Positions 48,646-58,228 of a stretch of DNA of 64,000 bases are shown here, piece by piece. The notes under the pieces were generated by a model that saw only the letters and a list, made by a program, of their open reading frames with translations, ran no database searches and had not been told where the DNA came from. The translations under genes were made by a program, and so were the position numbers. The DNA is taken from assembly GCA_023247255.1 (NCBI GenBank), contig JAHFGV010000006.1:14231-78230 (forward strand), in the 5' to 3' direction. The first letter of the stretch is position 1. Each line of letters begins with the position of its first letter. Origin of the DNA: Candidatus Omnitrophota bacterium. Lineage in GTDB: Bacteria > Omnitrophota > Gorgyraeia > Aquiviventales > Aquiviventaceae.

Positions 48646-49620
48646 ATGAACATCCTAATTACCAGCGCCTCCAGGAAAGTCAGCTTGATTAAGAGCTTTC
48701 AGGAGGCGCTTAGAGAAGAAGGGAACGGGCAAGTCATCGCAGTCGATGTCAGTGCACTTGCTCCAGCCCTCTACTTTGCCGATACGCATTACCTCGTGCC
48801 ACACTCCAATGAACCTGAGTTTCTTAAGGTATTGGTCTGTCTCTGCCAGCAGCATGAGGTTCGGTTGGTGGTTCCGACTCGGGATGAGGAACTCGCGGTG
48901 TTTGCACGACATCGCGAGCGGTTCGCAGAAGTCGGGACCACGGTGCTGGTTCCCAGCGAGAAGACGGTAAACATCTGCCAAGACAAACACGCCTTCGTAA
49001 GGTTCTGTCACCAGCATGGGTTTGCCACTCCCGTGAGCTATGACCTGACCAATCTACCTGCCCAGCTTTCTTTCCCTCTATTTGTGCGACCACGGACTGG
49101 AAAGGGAGGACGACAGGCAGTGCCGGTTGATTCACAACAGCAGCTTGAGCTACTCTGCAGGCAAATCAACGCTCCACTTGTGCAGGAGTTTCTGTCTTGC
49201 GCCGAATACACCGTAGATGTGTTTGCCGATTTCTCAGGAAGGGTGATCTCTTCGGTACCACGGGAACGCCTTACTGTCGTTGGAGGAGAGGCTGTCGTGA
49301 GCCGAACTTCCAAAAATCCCCTGCTGATTGACGAAGCGACCCGTCTGGCTACCGCGCTGGAGTTGATCGGTCACAACACGATTCAATGTTTCCTAGACAA
49401 TGACAAAGTGAAATTCATCGAGGTTAATCCGCGGTTTGGGGGAGCGGCGCATCTGGGATTCGCGGCCGGGGCACCGACCCCACAATTTTTGGTCAAGCTG
49501 CTTAAAGGTGAAGCGCTTACACCCAATCTCGGCACCTTTCGGGATAATTACGTCATGCTGCGCTACGGTGAGGATTTCTTCCTAGAAGGTGAGGCGGTCA
49601 TCGAGCAGAACTTCCAATGA
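48646..49620 (+). CDS. ATP-grasp domain protein (second paralog)
   Basis: MNILITSASRKVSLIKSF..., ...FPLFVRPRTGKGGRQ..., ...IEVNPRFGG... Confidence 0.55.
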   Translation: MNILITSASRKVSLIKSFQEALREEGNGQVIAVDVSALAPALYFADTHYLVPHSNEPEFLKVLVCLCQQHEVRLVVPTRDEELAVFARHRERFAEVGTTVLVPSEKTVNICQDKHAFVRFCHQHGFATPVSYDLTNLPAQLSFPLFVRPRTGKGGRQAVPVDSQQQLELLCRQINAPLVQEFLSCAEYTVDVFADFSGRVISSVPRERLTVVGGEAVVSRTSKNPLLIDEATRLATALELIGHNTIQCFLDNDKVKFIEVNPRFGGAAHLGFAAGAPTPQFLVKLLKGEALTPNLGTFRDNYVMLRYGEDFFLEGEAVIEQNFQ

Positions 49621-50312
49621 AGGCGGTGCTCTTCGACCTTGACGACACCCTCTATCCAGAACGTGAGTTCGTCACAAGCGGCTTTAGGGTTGTGGCGCGC
49701 TACCTGAGTGCACGGCATCCACTGAATAATGAAGAGGATCTGGTTCGCCAGATGTTCGCGATCTTGCAGCGCGAGGGTAGAGGGCATGTGTTCGATCGGC
49801 TACTCGATCATATAGGGCTAAATGGATCCGTGTCGGTCATGACCTTAGTCTATCTCTATCGCTCCCAGCAACCGTTACTCCACCTCTACGACGATGTTCT
49901 ACCAACACTGAAACAGCTTCGAGGTTTTGGCATGCGCTTAGGTTTGCTGACGGATGGGCAGGCCTGTGTCCAGCGTAATAAAATCGCTGCGCTGGATTTG
50001 GCTGATCCGTTTGATGTGATTATCTGTACAGATGAATTAGGCCGGGATTGTTGGAAACCCGCGCCCGTTTCTTACCAGGTCGCCTTACAGCTCTTAGATG
50101 TGTCCCCGGGGCAGGCCATCTATGTCGGTGATGATGCTTCTAAAGATTTCGTGGCTCCGTATGCTTTAGGCATGATGACGGCACAAATCATCCGGTCCGA
50201 CAGACCGCAACGCCAGGAGTCACCGGCTTCTGCCGATGGGGCTCATTGGGTCATCACGCGGTTGGAACAGTTGACATCAATCCTTGGGGTACCAGCCAAT
50301 GTCTTCGGGTGA
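49617..50312 (+). CDS. HAD-superfamily hydrolase (phosphatase, subfamily IA)
   Basis: MKAVLFDLDDTLY (DxD nucleophile motif I) ... LLTDG ... GDDASKD. Confidence 0.7.
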   Translation: MKAVLFDLDDTLYPEREFVTSGFRVVARYLSARHPLNNEEDLVRQMFAILQREGRGHVFDRLLDHIGLNGSVSVMTLVYLYRSQQPLLHLYDDVLPTLKQLRGFGMRLGLLTDGQACVQRNKIAALDLADPFDVIICTDELGRDCWKPAPVSYQVALQLLDVSPGQAIYVGDDASKDFVAPYALGMMTAQIIRSDRPQRQESPASADGAHWVITRLEQLTSILGVPANVFG

Positions 50313-51375
50313 GCCGTTTATCGAGATTCGTGGGCGGCGGATCGGGCCGGGATTTCCCACCTATATCATCGCTGAAATATCTGCCAATCACCGGCAGCGA
50401 TTTGACGATGCGGCAGCTCTTGTCAGGACAGCCAAAGATGCTGGGGCGGATGCTGTCAAAGTGCAGACCTATACGCCGCAGACGATGACCATTGAGGGGG
50501 ATTCTGATTTGTTTCGGCACGGTGCTGGATCTTTGTGGGCTGGCAAAACACTCTATGAGCTTTACCAACAAGCCTATATGCCTTGGGACTGGCAGCCGCG
50601 TTTGAAGGAGTTAGCCAGGGAACTTGAGATAGAATGGTTTTCTACGGCCTACGATACAAGCGCAGTCGAGTTCCTCGAGGCTATGGAAGTGCCAGTTCAC
50701 AAGGTGGCTTCTTTTGAGTTGGTGGACATCCCATTGATCAGTATGATGGCGCGGACTGGAAAGCCGCTGATTCTATCGACGGGAATGGCCAGTTCTGAAG
50801 AGATTACAGACGCGGTGCACGCAGCGCATCAAGCCGGTGCCACACAGGTGGCGTTGTTGAAGTGCACCAGCGCCTATCCAGCTCCTCCAGAATCGATGAA
50901 CCTCCGTGCGATTCCGCATTTGGCAAGGGCATTTCAGGTGCCCGTGGGACTCTCCGACCATACGCTGGGCGTTGCTGTGCCCATTGCAGCAGTTGCATTA
51001 GGAGCCTGCCTCATTGAGAAACATCTGACCTTGTCGCGAGCATTGCCGAGCGCGGATTGTGCTTTTTCGCTGGAGCCTAATGAATTTGAGGCGATGGTAG
51101 AAGCCATTCGGACGGCGGAACGCGCGATGGGACGAAGCGACATTGGGACCACGGAGCAGGAGAGCAGCAGTCGCGCTTTTCGGCGCTCATTATTTGTGGT
51201 GAAAGCCGTGCAAGCTGGCGAGGCGTTCACGGCGCAGACGATTCGTTCCATTCGTCCTGGCCATGGCCTGCCCCCAAAGTTCCTCAGTCAGGTGCTTGGG
51301 CGGCGAGCGGCACATGCTATCGCTGCCGGAACGCCGCTTGCCTGGGATCTCATCGAGACTGATGGAACATCCTAA
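50299..51375 (+). CDS. NeuB-family nonulosonic acid synthase paralog 3 with SAF domain
   Basis: YIIAEISANHRQRF...GADAVKVQTY, LSDHT, IEKHLTL, C-terminal SAF. Trimmed to the Met after the GTG-type track start. Confidence 0.7.
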   Translation: MSSGEPFIEIRGRRIGPGFPTYIIAEISANHRQRFDDAAALVRTAKDAGADAVKVQTYTPQTMTIEGDSDLFRHGAGSLWAGKTLYELYQQAYMPWDWQPRLKELARELEIEWFSTAYDTSAVEFLEAMEVPVHKVASFELVDIPLISMMARTGKPLILSTGMASSEEITDAVHAAHQAGATQVALLKCTSAYPAPPESMNLRAIPHLARAFQVPVGLSDHTLGVAVPIAAVALGACLIEKHLTLSRALPSADCAFSLEPNEFEAMVEAIRTAERAMGRSDIGTTEQESSSRAFRRSLFVVKAVQAGEAFTAQTIRSIRPGHGLPPKFLSQVLGRRAAHAIAAGTPLAWDLIETDGTS

Positions 51376-51544
51376 GCAGGCTGCTGAAAAAGGCGCATCT
51401 GCTGCGTTGCCAGCCTCGCGGCTTCGTCAGCGTACTTTTCAGTACGCCTCCTCAGCCGAATCGAGCTGCGCCTTGCATCTCGCACCTTTTTGAGCAGCCT
51501 GGGTATCACGCGAGTTTTTCCGCAGCCTGCTAGTGCTTCGACCA

Positions 51545-51576
51545 GATTGACTTGATGGGTTACCATCAAGTCAATC
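51545..51576. promoter_or_regulatory. Perfect 14+4+14 palindrome GATTGACTTGATGG-GTTA-CCATCAAGTCAATC upstream of the ACP-fabG-ligase-luxE-luxC operon; candidate operator
   Basis: Exact inverted repeat read directly; contains a TTGACT -35-like hexamer; ~70 bp upstream of the first possible start codon. Confidence 0.4.
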
Positions 51577-51648
51577 CTGCTCAGCACAGTGGTGAGATAT
51601 CCAACAAAACAAAATGGTCGAACCACTAGAGCCAAGGCGAAACCGAGT

Positions 51649-51894
51649 ATGAGTCAGACGAAGTTGGCTCGCTGTTTCGCAGAAGCGCTTGGAATTCAGG
51701 AACAGGCCGTAACAGACGAGTTGGCATATCAGACCATCAAAGAATGGGATTCCGTGCGGCACATGGCGCTTGTGGCAATCATCGAGCAGACGTTCAACGT
51801 CATGCTCGACACCAACGACATCATCGCCATGAGCAGCGTGGGAAAGGCCAAAGCGATCTTGGCGAAGTATGGCATCGACTGTGATGCTGCTTAA
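51649..51894 (+). CDS. Acyl carrier protein
   Basis: ~80-aa helical protein with the phosphopantetheine-attachment context ...KEWDSVRHMALVAIIEQTF... (DS motif). Confidence 0.7.
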   Translation: MSQTKLARCFAEALGIQEQAVTDELAYQTIKEWDSVRHMALVAIIEQTFNVMLDTNDIIAMSSVGKAKAILAKYGIDCDAA

Positions 51895-52621
51895 AGAGAA
51901 GGTCGCCATCGTCACCGGAGCAAGTCGAGGCATTGGCAAGGCGATCGCCACAACGTTTGCCAAACAGGGAGCCCAGTTGGTCATCACGGGCCGCAGTAGC
52001 GCCATTCATGAGGTAGCCTCTGAGCTGTCAACGCATGGAGAGCGAGTCGTGGCCATGCAGGGTGATCTTAGAGAGCCTGCCCACCGGCGTGAGGTCGTGA
52101 TGGCCTGTCGTAAGACGCATGGCCGTCTCGACATCCTGGTCAATAACGCGGGAGTGCTGATTCATGGTCCGCTTGGGATGACTCTGCTTGAGTCCATGCG
52201 AGACGCCTTCGAGACGAACGTAACTGCGGCGATGGCGCTGACCCAATATGCAATACGCCTGATGAGTCCTGCTCGTGATCCCTGCGTCATTAACCTTGCT
52301 TCCTTTGCCGGCACGCGTGGCCAAGAGGGCCTTGCGATCTACGCAGCCAGCAAGGCTGCGGTCGTTGGATTTACCCTCTCGACGGCGAAAGAACTAGCCT
52401 CCCAGAGAATCCGCGTCAATGCAATCGCCCCGGGCTTTATCGAGACCGACATGACCCAGGCGCTGCCCGAAGCGATCTATCGCACCATGACTGAACGGAT
52501 ACGGCTCGGACGGATCGGCGTGCCCCAGGATGTGGCGAATTGTGCCTTGTTTCTGGCATCGGATCTTGCTTCCTATATCACAGGCCAAGTGATCGGTGTA
52601 GATGGGGGCCTGCTAGCATGA
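51884..52621 (+). CDS. fabG: 3-oxoacyl-[ACP] reductase-type SDR
   Basis: KVAIVTGASRGIGKAIA, NNAG, YAASKAA, PGFIETDMT. Confidence 0.75.
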   Translation: MLLKEKVAIVTGASRGIGKAIATTFAKQGAQLVITGRSSAIHEVASELSTHGERVVAMQGDLREPAHRREVVMACRKTHGRLDILVNNAGVLIHGPLGMTLLESMRDAFETNVTAAMALTQYAIRLMSPARDPCVINLASFAGTRGQEGLAIYAASKAAVVGFTLSTAKELASQRIRVNAIAPGFIETDMTQALPEAIYRTMTERIRLGRIGVPQDVANCALFLASDLASYITGQVIGVDGGLLA

Positions 52622-54039
52622 TCGATTTTATTCGTCAGCATCGTTCGAAGCATCCAGCCGTCATCGACACAGATCGAAACCAAGTGCTATCGTATGAAAC
52701 GCTCTATGACCAAATGGAGCAGATTGCTCTGGCCATCCGCCACCTGACAAGGGATCGAACGCTGGTGTTTCTCCACTCCTCAGCGACGAGTGACTTCCTC
52801 ATCCTGTACCTCGCGTGTCTTTTTAATCGCGATCCGGTATGCTTGCTTGAGTCCGGCTTGCTGGAAGCGACGGAGAAACTGCTCGCCGCGTATCATCCGA
52901 ATCTTGTGCTGAGCCCACCCGGAATGTCAATTCCAGAGGGATACAGCGATGCTGGCAGAATCCCGGGCACCTGCTACAACTGCGCTGTGCCGAAATCAAA
53001 CCCTGCCCCCCAGAAACTTCATCAGGATCTGGCTCTGTTGCTGCCGACGTCCGGGACGACCGGCAATCCTAAATTGGTGCGACTGACCCAAAAGAACCTT
53101 CAGGCCAACGCCCAATCCATCGCACAGTATCTGGACCTATCACCCGATGAGCGCTCCATCCAGGGACTGCCTATGCACTACGCCTATGGCCTGTCGTTGG
53201 TCAACTCGCATCTGGTGGCGGGAGGGACCATCGTCTTGACTCGCTGGTCCTTCCTGCAAGCCGAGTTCTGGCGCACCTTTGACGCCCAGCGGTGCACGTC
53301 GTTTGCGGGTGTGCCGTATATGTACGAAACCCTTGATCGTCTTGCGTTCGATCCCGCCTGTCATCCATCGCTGCGGACCATGACCCAAGCGGGTGGGGCG
53401 TTGCGTCCGGATATCGTTCGCCGCCTTGGGCGCGCGGTGGCGAAGGCTGGCTGTCGGTTGTTCATCATGTACGGCCAGACGGAAGCAACCGCTCGGATCA
53501 GCTACGTACCCCCACAGCTCCTCCAGGAGAAAATCGGCTCCATCGGAATCCCTATTCCTGGAGGAAGAATGGAACTTGCTGAACTTGAGGCAACTGAAGG
53601 GTTAAAAGAGCTTGTCTATTTCGGCCCCAACGTGATGATGGGCTATGCGACGTCGGCGGCATCCCTAGCGCAGGCAGACGAGTTACACGGGAAACTCTTT
53701 AGCGGTGATCTGGCACGGGTGGATAACGATGGTTTTTTTTATATCACCGGACGCCTGAAACGATTCGCAAAGCTCTTCGGCCGGCGGATCAGTCTGGAGG
53801 ACATTGAGGCAAACTTAGAGTCCTCATTCACCGTGCGTGCCGCGGCGATCGAGGCTGATGAGCATCTGAGCGTCTACATTGAGGGAGGGGATTCCTCGGA
53901 TGCTGATAGGATCAGGCAATACCTCGCATCGTGGTTGCAGATGAGTCCGATTGCTGTGACGGTCAAGCCGATCGAGAGGATTCCAATGACTTGCTCAGGA
54001 AAGAAAGCCTATCCGGCGTTACTGGTGGAGGCGGCTTAA
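52618..54039 (+). CDS. AMP-dependent synthetase/ligase (acyl-CoA/acyl-ACP ligase)
   Basis: AMP-binding signature LLPTSGTTGNPKLV, ...YGQTEA..., C-terminal Lys region; ATGA-coupled to fabG. Confidence 0.7.
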   Translation: MIDFIRQHRSKHPAVIDTDRNQVLSYETLYDQMEQIALAIRHLTRDRTLVFLHSSATSDFLILYLACLFNRDPVCLLESGLLEATEKLLAAYHPNLVLSPPGMSIPEGYSDAGRIPGTCYNCAVPKSNPAPQKLHQDLALLLPTSGTTGNPKLVRLTQKNLQANAQSIAQYLDLSPDERSIQGLPMHYAYGLSLVNSHLVAGGTIVLTRWSFLQAEFWRTFDAQRCTSFAGVPYMYETLDRLAFDPACHPSLRTMTQAGGALRPDIVRRLGRAVAKAGCRLFIMYGQTEATARISYVPPQLLQEKIGSIGIPIPGGRMELAELEATEGLKELVYFGPNVMMGYATSAASLAQADELHGKLFSGDLARVDNDGFFYITGRLKRFAKLFGRRISLEDIEANLESSFTVRAAAIEADEHLSVYIEGGDSSDADRIRQYLASWLQMSPIAVTVKPIERIPMTCSGKKAYPALLVEAA

Positions 54040-55166
54040 TGAGCGCAATCGAGCTTGAGCTTCCGGTCATAAGTGATTTTTTTGACCTTCCACCCTATGG
54101 GCTGCCACAATCGCAGAAGGCCCAGATGCTCGTGATTCGTCTGCGGCAACTGTGTTGGCATCATTATGAGCGCTGCGTCATCTACCGACGACTCATCGAG
54201 CGGGTGTTTGGGGGCGAGGACGCGCTGAACTTCGAGCGATTGGAAGAAGTCCCCTTCATCCCCGTCCCATTGTTCAAGACGCATGCGTTGCGCAGCGTTC
54301 CAGCGGAGGCCGTTGTGAGAACCCTCGCCTCAAGCGGCACGAGCGGTCAGGTTCTCAGCCGCGTCGAGCTCGATCGTGAGACCAGTCAGCGCCAGACTCA
54401 AGTGCTGGTAAAAATCCTCCAACATTTCCTCGGGCCTCGTCGCTCCCCCATGGTCATCTTTGATCGGAAAGTGGCACTCGATCAGCCAGGTCCCTATCCG
54501 GCAAGGGTCGCGGCTCTATTGGGGATGATGCCCTTTGGGCGCGATCCGTTCTTCGCCTTAAAGGAAGACTTGTCGCTGGATATTGAGGGTTTGAGCGCCT
54601 ATCTTGCACGGGCGAGTGGAGCGGGCGGGGAGCGCGTGGTCGTCTTTGGGCTTACTGCGATTCTCTGGCAAGCGCTGGTTTTAACTATGGAGCGAGAGGG
54701 AAAGAAGCTACATATCCCTCAGGGTGTGCTCATCCACGCGGGAGGGTGGAAGAAACTTCAGGATGCCGCTGTGGGAGCCGAGGAGTTCCGGCAGAGGGTC
54801 CAAGCCGTCACAGGAATCTCGCGCATCCTCAACTTCTACGGGATGGTAGAGCAGGTGGGAAGCATCTTCTTTGAAAATCCGCGGCATTACTTGCAGGCCC
54901 CTGTCTATGCTGAGGTTATCATCCGTGATCCCATAACGCTGCGGCCTTTACCCGTCGGCGGCGTGGGACTGGTTCAGGTGCTCAGCGCGATTCCCACGAG
55001 TTATCCCGGCCACTCTCTCCTTACTGAGGATATGGGGGTCCTTCGCGGAGTGGATGATCCAACGACAGGGATGAATGGACGGTACTTTGAAATCCTGGGA
55101 CGCGTTCCGCAAGCTGAGGTGCGTGGATGCAGCGATACCTACCCGACTCAACACTCAACGACGTAG
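54039..55166 (+). CDS. luxE: LuxE-family acyl-protein synthetase
   Basis: ~375 aa with SSGTSGQVLSRVELD and overall LuxE-like organisation; start overlaps the ligase stop (TAATG). Confidence 0.6.
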   Translation: MSAIELELPVISDFFDLPPYGLPQSQKAQMLVIRLRQLCWHHYERCVIYRRLIERVFGGEDALNFERLEEVPFIPVPLFKTHALRSVPAEAVVRTLASSGTSGQVLSRVELDRETSQRQTQVLVKILQHFLGPRRSPMVIFDRKVALDQPGPYPARVAALLGMMPFGRDPFFALKEDLSLDIEGLSAYLARASGAGGERVVVFGLTAILWQALVLTMEREGKKLHIPQGVLIHAGGWKKLQDAAVGAEEFRQRVQAVTGISRILNFYGMVEQVGSIFFENPRHYLQAPVYAEVIIRDPITLRPLPVGGVGLVQVLSAIPTSYPGHSLLTEDMGVLRGVDDPTTGMNGRYFEILGRVPQAEVRGCSDTYPTQHSTT

Positions 55167-55297
55167 AGCTTGGCAGTCAGGGCCCTCGCGCTGAAGAAAT
55201 CCTCAATCGTCAGCAGAGCCCCACCCCCGATGCTTCGCTTTGTCCCTTGAAATCGCCGACAGGCGATTTCAGGGATCCAATCCCCGACAAACTCCAC

Positions 55298-56557
55298 ATG
55301 TCAGGGAACGAAGCAAAGCCTGGGGGTGCTATGGCGGGGCTGCGCATCCTGGCTCCCCGAAAATCTGAGAGTCCTCTCGCGGATTGGCTGGCTTCGTGCC
55401 GGTTTTCAAACACCCATCCCTTTGCGGCTTCACGCATCCAGTTGCTTGGGGCATTCTCACAACGCATCCTCAAAGATCCGATTCTTCGCGATGAGCCCTC
55501 AAGCGTAGCCCTGGCCTACTACTTACGCCCAGCGAACATTACGAAAATCGCAACGCATGCTCAAGCACGCGCCAAGCTTGATCCTTCCGTTCTCTGGGTG
55601 CCTTGCGGTGGGGTGTTCCATGTGGCTCCGGCTAATGTGGAGACTTTTTTCATCTACCCTTGGGCTTTGTCCTATCTTTGCGGGAACAACAATCTCGTTC
55701 GCCTCTCCCTGGAGGAGCAACCGGTAACGATGCGGCTGCTTGAGTGCCTAAACACTCTGATGGAAACCGAGGAGGAACTCTCTCATACAAACCGGTTTGT
55801 GACCTACCCGCACGATCCTGAGATTACCAGGCTGTTCTCCGACTGGTGCGCCCATCGCATCATCTGGGGAGGGGATGAGGTCATTAGAGTCCTGCGCTCG
55901 ATTCCACTGAGCCCTCATGCGACCGAGCGTGTCTTTGGCTCGAAATTCTCCTACGCCGTCATTTCGGCAATGTCCTTTCAGGAAGCTGATGAAGCGACGC
56001 GGCAGCAGGTCATCTCCCGGTTTTTCAACGACATGTTCTGGTTCAACCAGATGGCCTGTTCCTCTCCCCACGTGGTATTCTGGGTTGGCACGAAGGCCGA
56101 TGGGGCGCGTGCAGTGGCAGCGTTCAATCCATTGCTGGGTGCTGAGGTTTTGCGTCGGGGATATGCCCTGCCACCACAGCTTAGCGTCCGGCGGCTCTCG
56201 CAGGCCTTTGAACTTGCCATCCAGGATGACGTTCGGGTTGATCTTAAGCATCCGGGATTCGCGAGTATCGATGTGCCACAGCTGTCTGTGTTGCGCAAAG
56301 AGCCTTATGGAGGAGGACTGTTGCACCATGTCCAGATCGATCGTTTGGATCGACTCCTTGAAGTCGCAGCGCCCAAGGACCAGACCATCGTCCATTTCGG
56401 CTTTCATCCTGATGAACTGCAAAGTCTGGCGTTTCGCATCGGCTCTCGAGGGGTGGATCGTCTTGTGCCTATCGGTGAGGCACTGACATTTGAGGTGGTA
56501 TGGGATGGACAGGATATGATCAGCGATGGTTTACGGAAGGTCGTGATTCGATGCTAA
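55298..56557 (+). CDS. luxC: LuxC-family acyl-CoA (acyl-protein) reductase, putative
   Basis: ~420 aa following luxE, the canonical LuxC partner position; start uncertain (55298 or 55331). Confidence 0.5.
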   Translation: MSGNEAKPGGAMAGLRILAPRKSESPLADWLASCRFSNTHPFAASRIQLLGAFSQRILKDPILRDEPSSVALAYYLRPANITKIATHAQARAKLDPSVLWVPCGGVFHVAPANVETFFIYPWALSYLCGNNNLVRLSLEEQPVTMRLLECLNTLMETEEELSHTNRFVTYPHDPEITRLFSDWCAHRIIWGGDEVIRVLRSIPLSPHATERVFGSKFSYAVISAMSFQEADEATRQQVISRFFNDMFWFNQMACSSPHVVFWVGTKADGARAVAAFNPLLGAEVLRRGYALPPQLSVRRLSQAFELAIQDDVRVDLKHPGFASIDVPQLSVLRKEPYGGGLLHHVQIDRLDRLLEVAAPKDQTIVHFGFHPDELQSLAFRIGSRGVDRLVPIGEALTFEVVWDGQDMISDGLRKVVIRC

Positions 56558-57987
56558 CTGAAACTGCCAAGCCGCGTGTCCTGATTGGACTGCCAAGCGA
56601 CATCTTCCTTAGAAATTTTGTGGAGACGAAGGCGTTTACGAGTCTGAGTGAACGCTTTGAGGTCTTCTGGTTTACCACCGAGGCGGTTCGCCATGCGCTG
56701 CCAGAACTTCCCGGCTTTACCCGCGTGGAATCCTGCAAGATAGATCCACGACGGGATATGATCCGCTACCATCTGCGTTGGTTGGCGGTTTTTGCTGGAC
56801 GTTCACGCAGTAGGCTTATGCGGTTGAAGGCCTTGAGCGTGGGATCCAGGCGCGAGCGGTGGCCGTATACGCTTCTGAGTGCGCCGGGTGTCTGGCCGAT
56901 TACGGATGCGCTCGTTGAGGCATGGCTAGGTCAGAACCAGTCGCTTGCGGCGATCTTCGATGCGGTCAAGCCGGACGTGGCGGTCTTCCCCTCGCAGGGC
57001 AATGATTCCTTCGCCATCGACATCATGAAAGTAGCAAAGTCGCGGAGGGTTCATACGGTAATGCTCAACTACAATTGGGACAATATGGGATCCAAAGGCG
57101 CCATGAGGATCAAGCCCGATCGGCTCTGTGTCTGGGGAGAAGATATGGCAGCCTTGGCGCGGCAGGTCCATCACCTGCGGCCAGAGCAGATTCGGATCAT
57201 CGGAGCCGCCCAGTTCCAGCAATATTTTGATCCCGAGCAGATGGCTGCCGCATCACGCGCCGCGGCGCAATCCCCTCAGGAGCCACCGCGGCTTTTATTT
57301 GCGGGAGCATCTCGAGGTCATCCTGAGGCTCGGTTTCTTAAGACCCTCGATGAAGCCATCGAGACCCATCGCTTGCCAGCGCTTCAGATCATCTATCGGC
57401 CGCATCCCTGGCGTGCGCCTCGTCCGCATGAAAACCCCTTTCACGCCTATGGCTACCGTCATATCACGATGGATCGGCAAGTCGCTGGTCAGTTTATGGT
57501 CGATGATATGAACGCACCCACCAAGCGCGTCGATTACACGTTTGCGCCCTCGATTGCGTACAACGCCGAATTGCTCCACTCAATCCGTGGGGTCATAACG
57601 CCTCTGTCGACTCTCTCCTTGGAAGCAGCCTTGGTCGGCGTACCGGTGCTGGCGATTCACTTTCCCGAGGAACGTTGGCTGAAGGATGCGCTGGATAACT
57701 TTGAACACTTACAGCGGATGTGCCGTCAGGTACCCGGCGTCGTAATCTGTCGCGAGGAACCTCGCTTCCTCGAGGCTGTCCGGCAACTCTTGGAACTGGG
57801 AGGTGATCCGACGCTTCCGGCTCGGATGCGAGAAGCCATCAAGCCGATTCTCTATGCCGATGGCGCCACGACCTATGCGGATCGGCTCGCCAGCGTTATT
57901 GAGGAAGTCTTGGGAAAGCGAGAGAATCTATCCAAGATGCAAGAGCCTGTGGAGTCCTGTATTCCCGTTGAAGGCTGGGTGAGGTAA
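56551..57987 (+). CDS. Unknown ~480-aa soluble protein, possibly a GT-B-fold transferase (candidate nonulosonate or glycerophospho-transferase)
   Basis: Two Rossmann-like alpha/beta halves; no confident family match from sequence reading; 7-bp overlap with luxC. Confidence 0.35.
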   Translation: MLTETAKPRVLIGLPSDIFLRNFVETKAFTSLSERFEVFWFTTEAVRHALPELPGFTRVESCKIDPRRDMIRYHLRWLAVFAGRSRSRLMRLKALSVGSRRERWPYTLLSAPGVWPITDALVEAWLGQNQSLAAIFDAVKPDVAVFPSQGNDSFAIDIMKVAKSRRVHTVMLNYNWDNMGSKGAMRIKPDRLCVWGEDMAALARQVHHLRPEQIRIIGAAQFQQYFDPEQMAAASRAAAQSPQEPPRLLFAGASRGHPEARFLKTLDEAIETHRLPALQIIYRPHPWRAPRPHENPFHAYGYRHITMDRQVAGQFMVDDMNAPTKRVDYTFAPSIAYNAELLHSIRGVITPLSTLSLEAALVGVPVLAIHFPEERWLKDALDNFEHLQRMCRQVPGVVICREEPRFLEAVRQLLELGGDPTLPARMREAIKPILYADGATTYADRLASVIEEVLGKRENLSKMQEPVESCIPVEGWVR

Positions 57988-58025
57988 GTCGAAGATGGAA
58001 CCAGATAACCCCGCCATTTCGCCCC

Positions 58026-58142
58026 TAACCCTCGACGATTGCATCACGATATTGTCGATTAACGATTGTCGATTTTCGATTGAACAGCGGGCTTCCAATC
58101 GAAAATCCAAAATCGACAATCGAAAATTCCAACGTGTGGGAG
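58026..58142. repeat. Palindromic heptamer-repeat element, copy B (near-identical to 5090-5183) with 3' extension AACGTGTGGGAGTGCCGGTGC
   Basis: CGATTGCATCACGATATTGTCGATTAACGATTGTCGATTTTCGATTG...CAATCGAAAATCCAAAATCGACAATCGAAAATTCC. Confidence 0.65.
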
Positions 58143-58228
58143 TGCCGGTGCTTCAGCGAGCGGGTGGGCGGGATGTCGTTTCCTGAAATCGCAAAACGAT
58201 TTCTGATTGATGAGATGAAAGTGCTCTT

